Of a stretch of 64,000 nt of DNA, positions 1-10,580 are shown piece after piece. How positions within the stretch are numbered: position 1 is the first letter of the stretch; every line of letters begins with the position of its first letter. Location: the NCBI GenBank assembly GCA_021808485.1, contig JAKBBN010000005.1:5571-69570 (forward strand). Reading direction: 5' to 3'. The stretch comes from Planctomycetota bacterium. GTDB taxonomy: Bacteria > Planctomycetota > Phycisphaerae > WQYP01. A model generated the notes under the pieces. It searched no databases, had not been told where the DNA came from, and saw only the letters and a list, made by a program, of their open reading frames with translations. Both the position numbers and the translations under genes were made by a program.

Positions 1-3
1 ATC

Positions 4-927
4 GTGGTCCTTACTCCGCGAGGTCCGGCGGGTGTCTCTTATGCCACTCTTTTAAGCATATTGCTGGCGATTATTTTTGACGGCTCGGTTGCCGCTATCC
101 TGATATACGGTGCGTTTTTCTGGAAGCCGCCGACGCATTACGGCAGCCGCGGCGGTGGTGTTATGATCCCGGCCGATGGGGCGACTGCCGTGGGCGGAAT
201 TATGCAGCGGGAAAGTACGGCGTTACCGCGCCGCACGACATTGGCGGCACACACATGGACAGGCACCATTCCCCGTCCGCCGCAATTGCACGCCGGTCCG
301 ACGGCGACATCCGCGCTGGCCATGGCCAATCTCCTGCGGAGCGGGAAAAGCACGGTGGCATCGCCACAGGTCATTGGATTGCCCAGTCCCGGGACGGTAT
401 GGAGCGGTCCGCCGGTTGCTGTGGAAACTCCGATTCACCCGCGTTTAAAGGTTCATACTCCCGCCCGTACGGCGCCACCGCCTCCGCGTTCGCGGGGGCC
501 GCGTCCCGATCCGGCCTATTTCAAACGTTCCAGGAACGGGATAGACCCGAATGCGGGTTTCGGCAGTCCTCTGTCGCTCATCAAAGGCGAGCATTTCAGC
601 CGATCCGGTTCCGAGGGTTTGAGCCATGGCCGCGGACGCGGAATTTCCGCTTTCGATAATCCGCGGCCGCAGGTATTGCAGCACCCTGACCCGGTTATCC
701 CGCTGAAATATGAGTTTCAGCCGCCTCCGCACTCTCCGGTGCTGCGTGTGACGGTGCTGCCGGACGGCCGTGCGGGCAATATAAAAGTCATTCACTCCAG
801 CGGCGCACCGACGGTGGATCAGGCGTGTGTGGATGCCGTGCGGGGATGGAGATTCTTTCCGGCGATCAAGGACGGAAAAAAGATCAAGTCTCACTTTACC
901 GTGAAATTTCCGGAGCACGGCTATTAA
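4..927 (+). CDS. tonB: Energy transducer TonB, proline-rich periplasmic linker and C-terminal TonB domain; probably 5'-truncated or starting at the window edge
   Basis: N-terminal TM helix (LLSILLAIIFDGSVAAILIYGAFF), long Pro-rich segment, C-terminal ...LPDGRAGNIKVIHSSGAPTVDQACVDAVRGWRFFPAIKDGKKIKS typical of the TonB C-terminal domain. Confidence 0.7.
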   Translation: MVLTPRGPAGVSYATLLSILLAIIFDGSVAAILIYGAFFWKPPTHYGSRGGGVMIPADGATAVGGIMQRESTALPRRTTLAAHTWTGTIPRPPQLHAGPTATSALAMANLLRSGKSTVASPQVIGLPSPGTVWSGPPVAVETPIHPRLKVHTPARTAPPPPRSRGPRPDPAYFKRSRNGIDPNAGFGSPLSLIKGEHFSRSGSEGLSHGRGRGISAFDNPRPQVLQHPDPVIPLKYEFQPPPHSPVLRVTVLPDGRAGNIKVIHSSGAPTVDQACVDAVRGWRFFPAIKDGKKIKSHFTVKFPEHGY

Positions 928-972
928 TGGCGCCGCCTTTACCGCCGTTTCATCCGTTGTCCGGACGGATTT

Positions 973-1959
973 TTATGGTGCGATCTCAACCCGTGAATAG
1001 CGGGAAGAAATTGACTCCATCAGCGTGCGCATGGCCCGACTGCTGATTTCCACCCCGCCGTCCTGCGGACGCAGGCAACGTATTGTAAATCCCGCCGCGG
1101 GCCGGCCATGAACCGGTACAAAGCTGATATGATCCAGATTGACCCGTCCATCCGGATGGGACGAAAAAAAACGACCGGCGATTCGATACCGTCCCGGTGC
1201 GGGCGGAAATATTGCATCCGTGCGCATCGGAAAAGAGAAGATGTATTGCGATCGTATGGAAAGATCCAGCCGCTGGGCGTGGAGTACCAGCGTTGCGTCA
1301 ATCGGGCCGAGCAGGATTTTGATCGCGCTTCCAGCCTGCATGGAAGATGGATTAAGGGAAGGGTTTAAAGTCCGGAGCATGGCCGGAGTAATGCGATAAA
1401 TATTGGCCAGATAGTCCGGTGTCTGGCCGGGTTTAATGGTTATCAGGCGGCAAAGCGTGTCTCCGGGGGCCAATGCCGAACTGAACAGCGTGCGGCGGTT
1501 AATCTGATTAAGCATCTGCCGGATCACGGCGGCCTGGGCTTCGCCCAGGCCGCCCACATCGCCCAGCGCCCGATTCAGCAATTCCCTGGCGGTAATCGGA
1601 TTTCCAAGAGTGAGTTGCGCCCTGGCGCTTCTCACCAGCAGCCGCGCCCGCCTCTGTGATCCCGGCGCCAGCACCATCAAAACGTCCGGATGCCTTCTTA
1701 CCAACTCCGCCGCCGGATCATTTTGTCGTGCATTGCTTATGGCCGTCTCTTCCCTGAACTGATGATTGCCGGATTTCCGGTCCGGCTGTGATCCGGCGGC
1801 GGCGGGGACCGGGTGATGTTTTTTATGCAGCGCGTGCAATATGGATTGCCGGATTCGCAGCCCCTGAAAAACACCTCCGGCCACAATCACGCCGACAAAA
1901 ACCCACACCAGCCCGGTGATAGCCGGTGAATCTTTACTGGATTGTAAGCGGGATCGCAT
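973..1959 (-). CDS. Membrane-anchored hypothetical protein with LysM-like peptidoglycan-binding motif
   Basis: N-terminal TM helix; segment GDTLCRLITIKPGQTPDYLANIYRITPAMLRTLNP resembles the LysM fold; no other recognisable domain. Confidence 0.45.
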   Translation of the reverse strand: MRSRLQSSKDSPAITGLVWVFVGVIVAGGVFQGLRIRQSILHALHKKHHPVPAAAGSQPDRKSGNHQFREETAISNARQNDPAAELVRRHPDVLMVLAPGSQRRARLLVRSARAQLTLGNPITARELLNRALGDVGGLGEAQAAVIRQMLNQINRRTLFSSALAPGDTLCRLITIKPGQTPDYLANIYRITPAMLRTLNPSLNPSSMQAGSAIKILLGPIDATLVLHAQRLDLSIRSQYIFSFPMRTDAIFPPAPGRYRIAGRFFSSHPDGRVNLDHISFVPVHGRPAAGFTIRCLRPQDGGVEISSRAMRTLMESISSRYSRVEIAP

Positions 1960-2023
1960 CTTTCAACCGTCATTGTCGCAGACCGGGCCGGCGGGAACCG
2001 CCAATGAGTGCGGCCGTCCGCCT

Positions 2024-2604
2024 TTATGCCTGTCTCGGTCGGCAGGTGATAACGCGTTTGTCCGTGATGATCATGGCCACGGGTACATCATGCGGTTCTT
2101 CGGGTATCAAATCCGGCAACACCTGTTCATCAAAGCAGAGGGCTACGGTAACCGCCCGCAGTTCTTTTTGGGGTAAAAATCGATCATAGAAACCTTTTCC
2201 GCGTCCCACCCGGTAGCCGCGGGCGTCAAAGGCCAGGCCGGGTACAGCCACCATATCAATCATGGATAAGCTCACGGGCGTTCCGGCTTTGGGCTGCCGC
2301 AGGCCGGAAAGATGCGGACTGGCCTGAGTTTCAAGTGATTTGACCTCAACCGGTTCAATGGACCGTTCCTGCCACAACACCCGCGGCACGATGATTGATT
2401 TTTCCGCTTGCCATGCGGCCATTGCCAGCGTGGTCGTTTCCACCTCCATGTTCATGGATAAAAAAACCATAATGCTTTGAGCCGCCAGGAACGCCGGCGT
2501 GGCCGCCAGATGCCGGCAAACCGCCTGAGATCGAATGTGGCGATCCGCGGCGGAAATCTTACTCAGGATGTCGCGCATCTGGGTTCGAATCTTATTTTTA
2601 TCCA
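2024..2604 (-). CDS. ygfA: 5-formyltetrahydrofolate cyclo-ligase (MTHFS)
   Basis: Motif GYRVGRGKGFYDRFL and overall length; start taken at internal ATG (MDKNKIRTQ), upstream part of the ORF is likely non-coding. Confidence 0.8.
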
Positions 2605-2749
2605 TTGGCCGCCGCCTTTTCGTATTGTCCGCATTCCGGCGCCTGTGTTCCATTCCGGTCCGTACGGATGCATTCAATCAGGCTGCCGGATCGTGAAGGC
2701 ATTTTAACCGAATTCCGCGGGTTTGCGTGATGGGGAAACCGGGTTTTAA

Positions 2750-4152
2750 TCAGGTCGGCTTTCCGGGCGGACTTTTCGGATTGGCGCCGGCGTCCGCGGC
2801 GGCCTGGTCCATGGATTGCAGCTTTTCCAGATATTTCCGGATAACCGCCTCATGCCCGCGATTCACGGGGTTGTAATACTTCTTTTCCACCCCGAGGTAG
2901 TCCTGCGGAATGTAACCTTCGGCGGAATCGTGTGCATATTGATACCCCTCGTGGCCAAGCTGTGCCGCTCCCGGGTAGTGCGTATCGCGCAAATGCCGCG
3001 GGACCGGCAGCACGCGCTGTTCCCGCACGTCGGCGTCGGCGGCGTCTATCGCCAGCGTGGCGGCATTGCTTTTTGGGCAGGTTGCCAGATAAGTGACCGC
3101 CTGGGCCAGCGTCAGCCGGCATTCAGGCAGGCCGACAAATTCCGTTATCTGAATTGCCGCGGCTGCCAGTACCGCGGCCATCGGATCGGCATTTCCAATA
3201 TCTTCCGATGCACAAATAGCCACGCGCCGCGCAATAAACCGCGGATCCTCGCCGGCCGCCAGCATGCGGGCCAGCCAGTAGACGGCCGCATCCGGATCGC
3301 TGCCGCGCATGGATTTAATCAGGGCGCTGGCCGAATCATAATGTTGGTCACCGGCCGGATCGTACACCATGGCTTTGGCCTGCACGCATTCGCGTGCAAT
3401 ATCCAGAGTGATTTCCACGGGTTGCCGGCTGCCGGCTTCCTGCGCCAGCGAGGGACCGCTAGCGCCGGCGAGTTGCGATGTGACGGCAAGTTCCAGGGCC
3501 ATCAGGGCCCGCCTGGCGTCACCTTCGCTTTGCACCGCCCAATAATCAACGGCTTGAGGGGTCAGCCGCACCGGTTGCCGGCCGTAGCCGCGATTTTCAT
3601 CCGCGGCGGCGCGAAGAATAACGCGGCGGATGTCGGCGGGGGTAAGCGCCTCAAACGCAAATATCTGGCTGCGCGAAATCAGCGGAGCATTAATCGAAAA
3701 AAAAGGATTGCCGGTTGTCGCCCCAATCAACGTGATAATGCCCGCCTCCACATCCGGCAGTAGAATATCCTGCTGTGTACGGTTAAAGCGGTGAATTTCA
3801 TCCAAAAACAGCACGGTGCGCTGACCGATTGTTTCCAGGTCATTGCGGGCGGCCGCCAGAATATCCCGCACCTCCTTGACTCCCGCGGATGCCGCGTTGA
3901 TTGCCACAAATCGCCGCCGTGTCTTTTCCGCAATAAGCTTTGCCAGTGTGGTTTTTCCGGTTCCGGGAGGACCGTAAAAAATGACGCTTATCAGTTGATC
4001 GGCCTCAATCATGCGGCGCAGCAAACGGCCCGGCGCCAAGATTTTTTCCTGACCGATGAATTCGGACAAGTCATGCGGGCGCATGCGGGCGGCCAGCGGC
4101 TGCACCGCTTGAATTCGCTTATTCCTTGCGGGAGTAAATAAGTCCGACACGC
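2750..4152 (-). CDS. rarA: Replication-associated recombination protein A (AAA+ ATPase RarA/MgsA)
   Basis: PLAARMRP...FYGPPGTGKTTLAKLIA Walker A, LFLDEIHRFN, GATTGNPFF, and the conserved RarA C-terminal half; probable GTG start (VSDLFTP) preceded by AGGAG; ~35 aa C-terminal extension. Confidence 0.88.
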
Positions 4153-4377
4153 TGGCTCCTGAGTGGCGCCCCTGCGGCAAACAGGCTTTCCATGCCGCCA
4201 ATTTCCGCGGCACAAGGCCTGTGCGTCCGCCGCTTCGGCGGTGATTCACCGGACTAATTATACCGGGCGACAGGTGGTTCCCGTCAGCGGAGAAACCGAA
4301 CCCCGGCGGCAACACCGCGTCGCCATTCCGGCCGCCCGGCTGGAATGGATTTTTGGCGAACTTTTCCCATGCCGGCG

Positions 4378-5943
4378 TTACAGTCGACCGCCAAGCGGGT
4401 CCCATGCCCGGCCGTCATGGGCCAGCAGTTCGTCGGCCTGGGGCGGCCCCCAACTGCCGGGCGCGTATGGGGCTAGTTCAACGGCGTTGGCTGCCCAGGC
4501 CTCTTCGATTGCATCAATGATGGCCCACGACCCTTCCACTTCGTCGCGGCGGATGAACAGCGTTGAATCCCCGATGATCGCATCCAGCAGCAGCCGTTCA
4601 TAGGCTTCCGGTGAATAGCTGCCGAAGGCCTCATGATATTCAAAATCCATGGCGGCCCGGACGATTTGGGTTACGGTTCCGGGCCGTTTGGCGTTCATCA
4701 GCAATGAGATGCCCTCATTGGGCTGCACGCGCACCGTCAGCACGTTGCGGGCCAGTCCACTGCCGGGGGTATTGAACAGCACGCCGGGGGCGGAATTAAA
4801 ATGAATGCTCACCTCGGAACCCTGGAGTTTCATCTGTTTGCCGCTGCGAAGATAAAAGGGAACTCCTTGCCATCGCCAATTGTTAATGTAGAGCTTTACG
4901 GCCGCGTAGGTTTCGGTCGTGCTTTGCGGAGACACACGCTCCTCATCGCGATAGGCTTTCACCGGCATGCCTTTGTTTTCCCCCTGTGAATACTGTCCGC
5001 GGACGGTCCATTGTGCGGCTTGCTGTGTGGAATATGACGGAATAGACTTGAGGACGCGGACTTTTTCATCCCGGATTGCATCACCATCAAGAGCCACGGG
5101 CGGCTCCATCGCAATCAGCGTTAAAAGCTGCATCAAATGATTCTGAACCATGTCACGCAGCGTGCCGGCGGTTTCAAAATATCCGCCGCGGCCCTCAACC
5201 CCAAGTGTTTCGCCGACGGTTATCTGCACATGATCCACATAGCGGCGGTTCCAGATCGGCTCAAAAATGCCGTTGGCAAACCGCAGCACCAGCAAATTCT
5301 GCACTGTTTGCTTCCCAAGATAATGGTCGATACGGAACACCTGCGATTCGTCAAAGGTGCGATTGATGCGGTTGTTGAGTTGCCGCGCGGTATCCAGATT
5401 GCTGCCGAAAGGCTTTTCCACGATAACCCGCCGCCATGCCCGGGCGTTGAACGGATCAATATTTCCCAGGCCCGCGTCACCCAGGTGATCAATGATAACG
5501 CCGAATTCCGCCGGGCTCGTGGAAAGGTAATACAGCCGGCGGCCCTGCGTGCCGTGCTTCTGGTCAATCTGTTCCAACCGCCGGGCCAGGCTGCGGTAGC
5601 CGTCGGCATTTTCAAAAGGACTTTGATGGTAGTAAATGCGGCCGGCCAGATCGTTCCACACGGTCTCATCCGCCGGTTTGCAGCGGGAAAACTGATTGAC
5701 GGCGTCGTGCATTTCCTGTCGGAATTGTTCGTCGGTCTTCGGCCGCCGGGCAAAACCGACCACAACCGTGGACTTGGAAAGCAGATTTTCCCGGCTCAGG
5801 TTGTATATCGCCGGAAGGAGCTTCCGCGCCGTCAAATCTCCGGTAGCGCCGAAAATGACAATCACGCACGGCTGGGCTGTTGACGTGCCGGATGATTTGC
5901 CTGAGTTCCCGGTCAACTGTTCGGACATTGTGTGACACTCCAT
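4378..5943 (-). CDS. zwf: Glucose-6-phosphate 1-dehydrogenase
   Basis: IFGATGDLTARKLLPAIYNL dinucleotide site and RIDHYLGKQTVQNLLVLRFAN active-site motif; start ambiguous (TTG/ATG options 5949/5943/5928). Confidence 0.9.
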   Translation of the reverse strand: MECHTMSEQLTGNSGKSSGTSTAQPCVIVIFGATGDLTARKLLPAIYNLSRENLLSKSTVVVGFARRPKTDEQFRQEMHDAVNQFSRCKPADETVWNDLAGRIYYHQSPFENADGYRSLARRLEQIDQKHGTQGRRLYYLSTSPAEFGVIIDHLGDAGLGNIDPFNARAWRRVIVEKPFGSNLDTARQLNNRINRTFDESQVFRIDHYLGKQTVQNLLVLRFANGIFEPIWNRRYVDHVQITVGETLGVEGRGGYFETAGTLRDMVQNHLMQLLTLIAMEPPVALDGDAIRDEKVRVLKSIPSYSTQQAAQWTVRGQYSQGENKGMPVKAYRDEERVSPQSTTETYAAVKLYINNWRWQGVPFYLRSGKQMKLQGSEVSIHFNSAPGVLFNTPGSGLARNVLTVRVQPNEGISLLMNAKRPGTVTQIVRAAMDFEYHEAFGSYSPEAYERLLLDAIIGDSTLFIRRDEVEGSWAIIDAIEEAWAANAVELAPYAPGSWGPPQADELLAHDGRAWDPLGGRL

Positions 5944-6074
5944 CGCCAATGTGCTCTTTCCTGCTGCGGCTTGAGCAATTCAAAACCGGAGTTATTCTAG
6001 ACGAATGTTTGCCGTGCGGCCACCGGCGCGGGGGGAGCGGCGGAGGCCGGCAAACCGAATTTTCCGGAGCATAG

Positions 6075-6617
6075 ATGAATCAATTGAATACAGGTATGAA
6101 TAAAAACTTGCTGTGGGCGCCGTGGCGGCTGGACTATATACGGGCGGTTGCCTGCGGAAACGGCGGCTGTTTTTTATGCCGGTATGCCGCGGCCCCCGAA
6201 CTCGACGCGGCCAATCTTGTGATTGCCCGGTCCGCCGGCGGAATGCTGGTGATGAATAAATTTCCCTACGTGAACGGACATCTGCTGGTTGCTCCGTACC
6301 GTCATGCGGCGGATTTATGTGATTTAACCGCTGCCGAACGCGCGGAGATGATGGAGCTTGCGGCGCACAGCCAGCGGCTGCTGATGGGGACAATGAATCC
6401 GCAGGGGTACAATATTGGTGTGAACCAGGGGCGATGCGCCGGCGCCGGCCTGCCGGGCCATGTGCACATGCACGTGGTGCCGCGATGGAACGGGGATGTT
6501 AATTTTATGAGCGTGGTGGGGCAGGTGCGGGTGATTCCCCAGGCATTGGAACAGGCGTACAGCCAGATTTCCGAGGAGCACAAGCGGATTGTCGGCGGCT
6601 CCGCGGCGCCGGCCTGA
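6075..6617 (+). CDS. HIT-family (histidine triad) nucleotide hydrolase/transferase
   Basis: LWAPWRLDYI N-terminal motif and HVHMHVVPRW histidine-triad motif. Confidence 0.8.
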   Translation: MNQLNTGMNKNLLWAPWRLDYIRAVACGNGGCFLCRYAAAPELDAANLVIARSAGGMLVMNKFPYVNGHLLVAPYRHAADLCDLTAAERAEMMELAAHSQRLLMGTMNPQGYNIGVNQGRCAGAGLPGHVHMHVVPRWNGDVNFMSVVGQVRVIPQALEQAYSQISEEHKRIVGGSAAPA

Positions 6618-6640
6618 GCCTGCGCCGGGTGCGTATGGGA

Positions 6641-7750
6641 TTATTGTTCAATAAGAGCTTCCAATCGCAGTCTGCGGTCGTAGCTGCGCATCGCCGTCAG
6701 CAGTTCATCCATGTCACCGGCAATGATTTTGGAAAGTGAAAAATTTTGATTCAGCCGGTGGTCGGTGAGGCGGTTTTGCGGGAAATTGTAGGTACGAATC
6801 CGCTCGTTGCGGTCGCCGCTGCCGATCATCTGCTTGCGGGCGCTGGAGCGGGCGACCGTGCGCTGATTATCAAAGTGTTCAAATACGCGTGATCGCAATA
6901 TCCGCCAGGCCTTGTCGCGGTTTTTATGCTGGCTGCGTTCATCACGCATCCGCACGGTAATACCCGTGGGTAAGTGCGTGAGTTGCACGGCGGATTCCAC
7001 TTTGTTCACATTTTGGCCGCCCGGGCCGCCGGCCCGGGATACGTCCTCGCGTACATCAGCGGGATTGATGGTGATGTCGGACTGATCCGGCTCCGGCAAA
7101 ACGGCCACTGTGGCGGCGCTGGTGTGGATGCGGCCCTGTGTTTCGGTTTCCGGTACGCGCTGCACACGGTGGCCGCCGCCTTCCATGGCCAATGCCCGAA
7201 AAGCCCCGGTACCCCGGACGCTGGCGATCAATTCGCGAAAACCGCCCCGTTCACCGGGCGAAAAGTCAATGGTTTCAAAACGCCATCCTGTGCGGTCTGC
7301 ATGCCGTTTATACATATCGGCCAGATCACCGACAAAAAGGGCGGCCTCATCCCCACCGGTGCCGGCGCGAATTTCAAGTATGACCGATTCCACCTGAATC
7401 TGGTCGGCGTCGAGTACGTCGTCGACCAGGCCTTCCATTCGGCGGGATAGATCCGCGGATAATGTGTTCGCCTCGTCATGGGCCAACGATTGCAATTCCG
7501 CCGACTGGCTGGTGTCCGCGGCCAGCATTTGGGCGTCTTCCAATTCCTTTTTGACGCGCGTGTAGGCTTTATAGGCTTCCAAAGACCGGGTAAGCCGGCC
7601 ATTTTCACGGGAAAGTGCCACAAGTCGGGCGGCATTCTGCGCAACGGTCGGATTTTGCAGATCCAACTGAATTTGGCGATGGCGGGCGGCCATGTTCTCC
7701 AGAGTTTTAAGGATGATGGCGTATGCTGCTTGATCGTTATCCACCGGCAT
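6641..7750 (-). CDS. prfA: Peptide chain release factor 1
   Basis: RVPETETQGRIHTSAATVAVLPE (RF1 PxT-type recognition region), GGQ motif RAGGPGGQNVNKVESAVQLTHLPTGI, RTYNFPQNRLTDHR; start at internal ATG (MPVDNDQ). Confidence 0.9.
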   Translation of the reverse strand: MPVDNDQAAYAIILKTLENMAARHRQIQLDLQNPTVAQNAARLVALSRENGRLTRSLEAYKAYTRVKKELEDAQMLAADTSQSAELQSLAHDEANTLSADLSRRMEGLVDDVLDADQIQVESVILEIRAGTGGDEAALFVGDLADMYKRHADRTGWRFETIDFSPGERGGFRELIASVRGTGAFRALAMEGGGHRVQRVPETETQGRIHTSAATVAVLPEPDQSDITINPADVREDVSRAGGPGGQNVNKVESAVQLTHLPTGITVRMRDERSQHKNRDKAWRILRSRVFEHFDNQRTVARSSARKQMIGSGDRNERIRTYNFPQNRLTDHRLNQNFSLSKIIAGDMDELLTAMRSYDRRLRLEALIEQ

Positions 7751-7918
7751 GGTGCGAATCCTGATCCTATCGGCCGGGCAAAACGGTGACATTCCGGAAA
7801 CCGCCTGCCGACCGCTTATTTGGAACAGGCCGGTGCAAGCCGGCAGGGGGTAAAGCAAAATCGTCGTGCCGACTGTTGCCAGCGGGCACGACGATTGATT
7901 TATTGCAAAATGGGATAA

Positions 7919-8140
7919 CTACTTTGCGGCCGGTTTCATTGAAAAATTGGCGAATTTCTTCTGGAATCGTTCCACGCGGCCCGCGGTATCCACAAACTTC
8001 TGTTTGCCGGTATAGAACGGATGGCAAACACCGCAAATTTCCACTTCAATATGTTTGAGCGTGGAGCCGGTTTCAAATGTGTTGCCACAGGCGCAGCGAA
8101 CCTTGGCAAAGTTATAGGCGGGGTGGGTGTTTTCCTTCAT
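7919..8140 (-). CDS. rpmE: 50S ribosomal protein L31
   Basis: [27 protein letters not shown]...[13 protein letters not shown] zinc-ribbon L31 signature; start at internal ATG with upstream AAGGAAAG. Confidence 0.9.
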   Translation of the reverse strand: MKENTHPAYNFAKVRCACGNTFETGSTLKHIEVEICGVCHPFYTGKQKFVDTAGRVERFQKKFANFSMKPAAK

Positions 8141-8235
8141 GATACTTTCCTTGATTTTACATAAGCTGTAGTTTGCCGCACGTTTGGCGAAACAATCATC
8201 TTCTACCATTTTGTCCCGGGGTATATCCCCTTAAA

Positions 8236-8308
8236 TAGCGGCGTCCGGACTCGAACCGGAGACCTTGGGCTTATGAATCCCGCGCTCTACCAACTGAGCT
8301 ACGCCGCC
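8236..8308 (-). tRNA. tRNA with CAU anticodon (Met/fMet or Ile-lysidine), 73 nt, CCA not encoded
   Basis: Reverse complement folds as a cloverleaf: acceptor GGCGGCG/CGCCGCU, D-arm GCUC-AGUUGGUA-GAGC, T-arm UCCGG-UUCGAGU-CCGGA, anticodon loop UUCAUAA; anticodon stem has only three G-C pairs flanked by C27·A43 and A31·G39 mismatches. Confidence 0.6.
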
Positions 8309-8742
8309 GCAAACAGACCGGAAAGTGTACCATCATTTACCCTGTTTTAGCAAATGCGAAGTTGGCAAATAAACGCAAAAGCGCAAAACACCGCTTGGAA
8401 TCGCGTAAACGGCCAATTCGCCGTTGCCTTGCCAATGTCTTGAATGTTCGGCGGCCGGTTGTCAGTTTCATTCAGCAGGGGGGTGGCAGCATCCGTGTGA
8501 GCGCGCTGCTCGGCGTAGAACCAGGGTGAAAAAAATGAGTAATTGCTTATCTAAAAGGCTTTAATTCAACATCATACGGAGGATTTTGTTGGGCAGGCAT
8601 CTGGACGTTTTGTCGCCGCTTCCATACTATATGAGGCTCGATTCGCAGCGGCTGGCCGGATGGTCGGTAACGGCATGCGAACGAACCATTATTTTAGGTT
8701 TCAAGGGTTTTAGGGTTTTTAGGACAGGTACAGGAACAAATC

Positions 8743-9615
8743 ATGGTGGAAATCAGCGCAAAAGATGTAATGGCTCTTCGCGTTCAGACAAATGCGGGGC
8801 TTATGGATTCCAAAAAGGCTCTTCAGGAAGCCAACGGTGATCTTGCGGTCGCGGTTGAATTGCTTCGCAAATGGGGTGCGGGCAAGGCCGATGCCAAAAT
8901 GTCCAATGAAATGAAAGAGGGGCTTGTCGCAGGTAAGATCAGCCCGGATGGCTCTCTGGGGGTAATGTTGCGGCTGGGCTGCCAGACCGATTTCGTGGCG
9001 CGGAACGATGGCTTTCAGAAATTGCTCAAAGATCTTCTGGAATTGGCCTACAACCATCCGGTAAGCACCGCTGCGCAGCTGGGAGAATTGCCGTATTCCG
9101 ACGGCTCCGGGCGAACGGTTGCCACGGTCATCAAGGAATTGATTGGCGGAGCCATAAAGGAAAATATGGCCGTAACCGGATTGGCGAGATTCCATGCTAC
9201 CACCGGTCAGATCGGTATGTACGTGCACCACAATGCCAAGGTCGGCACGCTGGTGCGGGTGGACGGCGGCAAGGGGCCGGCTGTTGCGGCGCTTATCGGC
9301 GAGGTGGCCATGCACATCACGGCCGGCATGCCTGCGGTGCCGATAGCAATATCCCGTGAAATGGTGGACCCCGCGATTGTGGCCCGTGAAATGGAAACCG
9401 CCGCGGAATCCACCAAAGGGAAGCCCGCGAACATTGCGGAAAAAATCATCGCCGGCCGTCTGGATAAGTATTTTGGTGAAACGGTGCTGCTGGAACAGCC
9501 GTTCGTCAAAGACGATAAAAAGCGCGTCAATGACCTGGTGAAGGATGCGGGCGCTGCCACCGGTTCAACACTGACCATCGTTGAATTCGCCCGCTTCAAG
9601 GTCGGCGAAATTTAA
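8743..9615 (+). CDS. tsf: Elongation factor Ts
   Basis: N-terminal EISAKDVMALRVQTNAGLMDSKKALQEANGDLAVAVELLRKWG UBA-like EF-Ts signature and overall length. Confidence 0.92.
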   Translation: MVEISAKDVMALRVQTNAGLMDSKKALQEANGDLAVAVELLRKWGAGKADAKMSNEMKEGLVAGKISPDGSLGVMLRLGCQTDFVARNDGFQKLLKDLLELAYNHPVSTAAQLGELPYSDGSGRTVATVIKELIGGAIKENMAVTGLARFHATTGQIGMYVHHNAKVGTLVRVDGGKGPAVAALIGEVAMHITAGMPAVPIAISREMVDPAIVAREMETAAESTKGKPANIAEKIIAGRLDKYFGETVLLEQPFVKDDKKRVNDLVKDAGAATGSTLTIVEFARFKVGEI

Positions 9616-9759
9616 TCCATCGGCCGTCCCGGACGTGGAATGAACCGCGAGCGGCAATATGGCTCTTTGTCGACGAATTTTCCCGCGCCGGTGCGGGCGC
9701 CGACGGAAATATGATAAGATAAACTTGGATGTCACGGTATATTTTTTGCGGAGCATAAA

Positions 9760-10521
9760 ATGGCCGAACCAAGATACAAGCGTATTTTGCTGAAAATTTC
9801 CGGTGAAGGGCTCTGCCGGGAAGGCGGTTTCGGCTTTGATAACAAAGAATTGCACGCAATCGCCGAACAAATAGCCGAAGTGGCGGCCGGCGGCGTGCAG
9901 GTCGCCGTGGTTGTCGGCGGCGGAAATTTTGTGCGGGGCGAGTCGCTGTCCGCGCATGCGCATGTGCAGCGGTCCACCGCGGACTATATGGGCATGCTGG
10001 CCACGGTGATTAACTCGCTTGCATTGCAGGATACGCTGGAGCACCTCGGCCAGCCGACTCGCGTGGCCAGTGCCCTGTCAATGATGCAGGTATGTGAACC
10101 GTTTATCCGCAGAAAAGTTGTCCGTCATCTGGAAAAAGGGAGAGTTGTGGTTCTGGCTGCGGGCACCGGGAATCCTTTTTTCACCACGGATACCTGTGCC
10201 GCACTGCGAGCAACCGAACTCCATGCGGATGTGCTGCTGAAAGCCACAAAAGTCGACGGTGTTTACGACAGTGATCCCAAAAAAAATCCGTCCGCACGGC
10301 GGCTGGAGCATTTATCTTACCGGCAGGTGCTTACGGATAACCTGCGGGTGATGGATATGACCGCGATATCACTGGCCATGGAAAGCAAAATTCCCATCAT
10401 TGTCTTTAATCTGAAAAAAACGGGGAATATCGTCCGGGCGGTTTCCGGTGAGGCTATCGGCACGCTTATTGGTGATGAGGTCCGGTCCGTGCAGAATATT
10501 GAAGTGCAACCGGTCGTCTGA
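9760..10521 (+). CDS. pyrH: UMP kinase
   Basis: [12 protein letters not shown]...[10 protein letters not shown]...[17 protein letters not shown] typical PyrH motifs. Confidence 0.92.
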   Translation: MAEPRYKRILLKISGEGLCREGGFGFDNKELHAIAEQIAEVAAGGVQVAVVVGGGNFVRGESLSAHAHVQRSTADYMGMLATVINSLALQDTLEHLGQPTRVASALSMMQVCEPFIRRKVVRHLEKGRVVVLAAGTGNPFFTTDTCAALRATELHADVLLKATKVDGVYDSDPKKNPSARRLEHLSYRQVLTDNLRVMDMTAISLAMESKIPIIVFNLKKTGNIVRAVSGEAIGTLIGDEVRSVQNIEVQPVV

Positions 10522-10580
10522 ATTCGCCGCCGGACAGCGGCTTGAAAACCCGGCGAAAAAATATACTCAGGAGCATGGAC

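Noticed and set aside
2816-3763. Long antisense ORFs (e.g. 2816..3763+, 5137..5883+, 14086..15183+, 27582..29252+, 31413..32060+, 50434..51498+, 52971..53636+) overlapping well-supported genes
   Set aside because: They have Arg/Gly/Pro/Ala-rich low-complexity translations and no recognisable motifs. They lie entirely antisense to genes with strong homology. This is typical of stop-codon-poor frames in high-GC DNA.
6641-7858. Release-factor programmed +1 frameshift
   Set aside because: The gene is RF1 (PxT-type motif, RTYNFPQ.R.TDHR), not RF2, so no frameshift site is expected. The upstream part of the ORF (7751-7858) is read as leader, not a frameshifted N-terminus.
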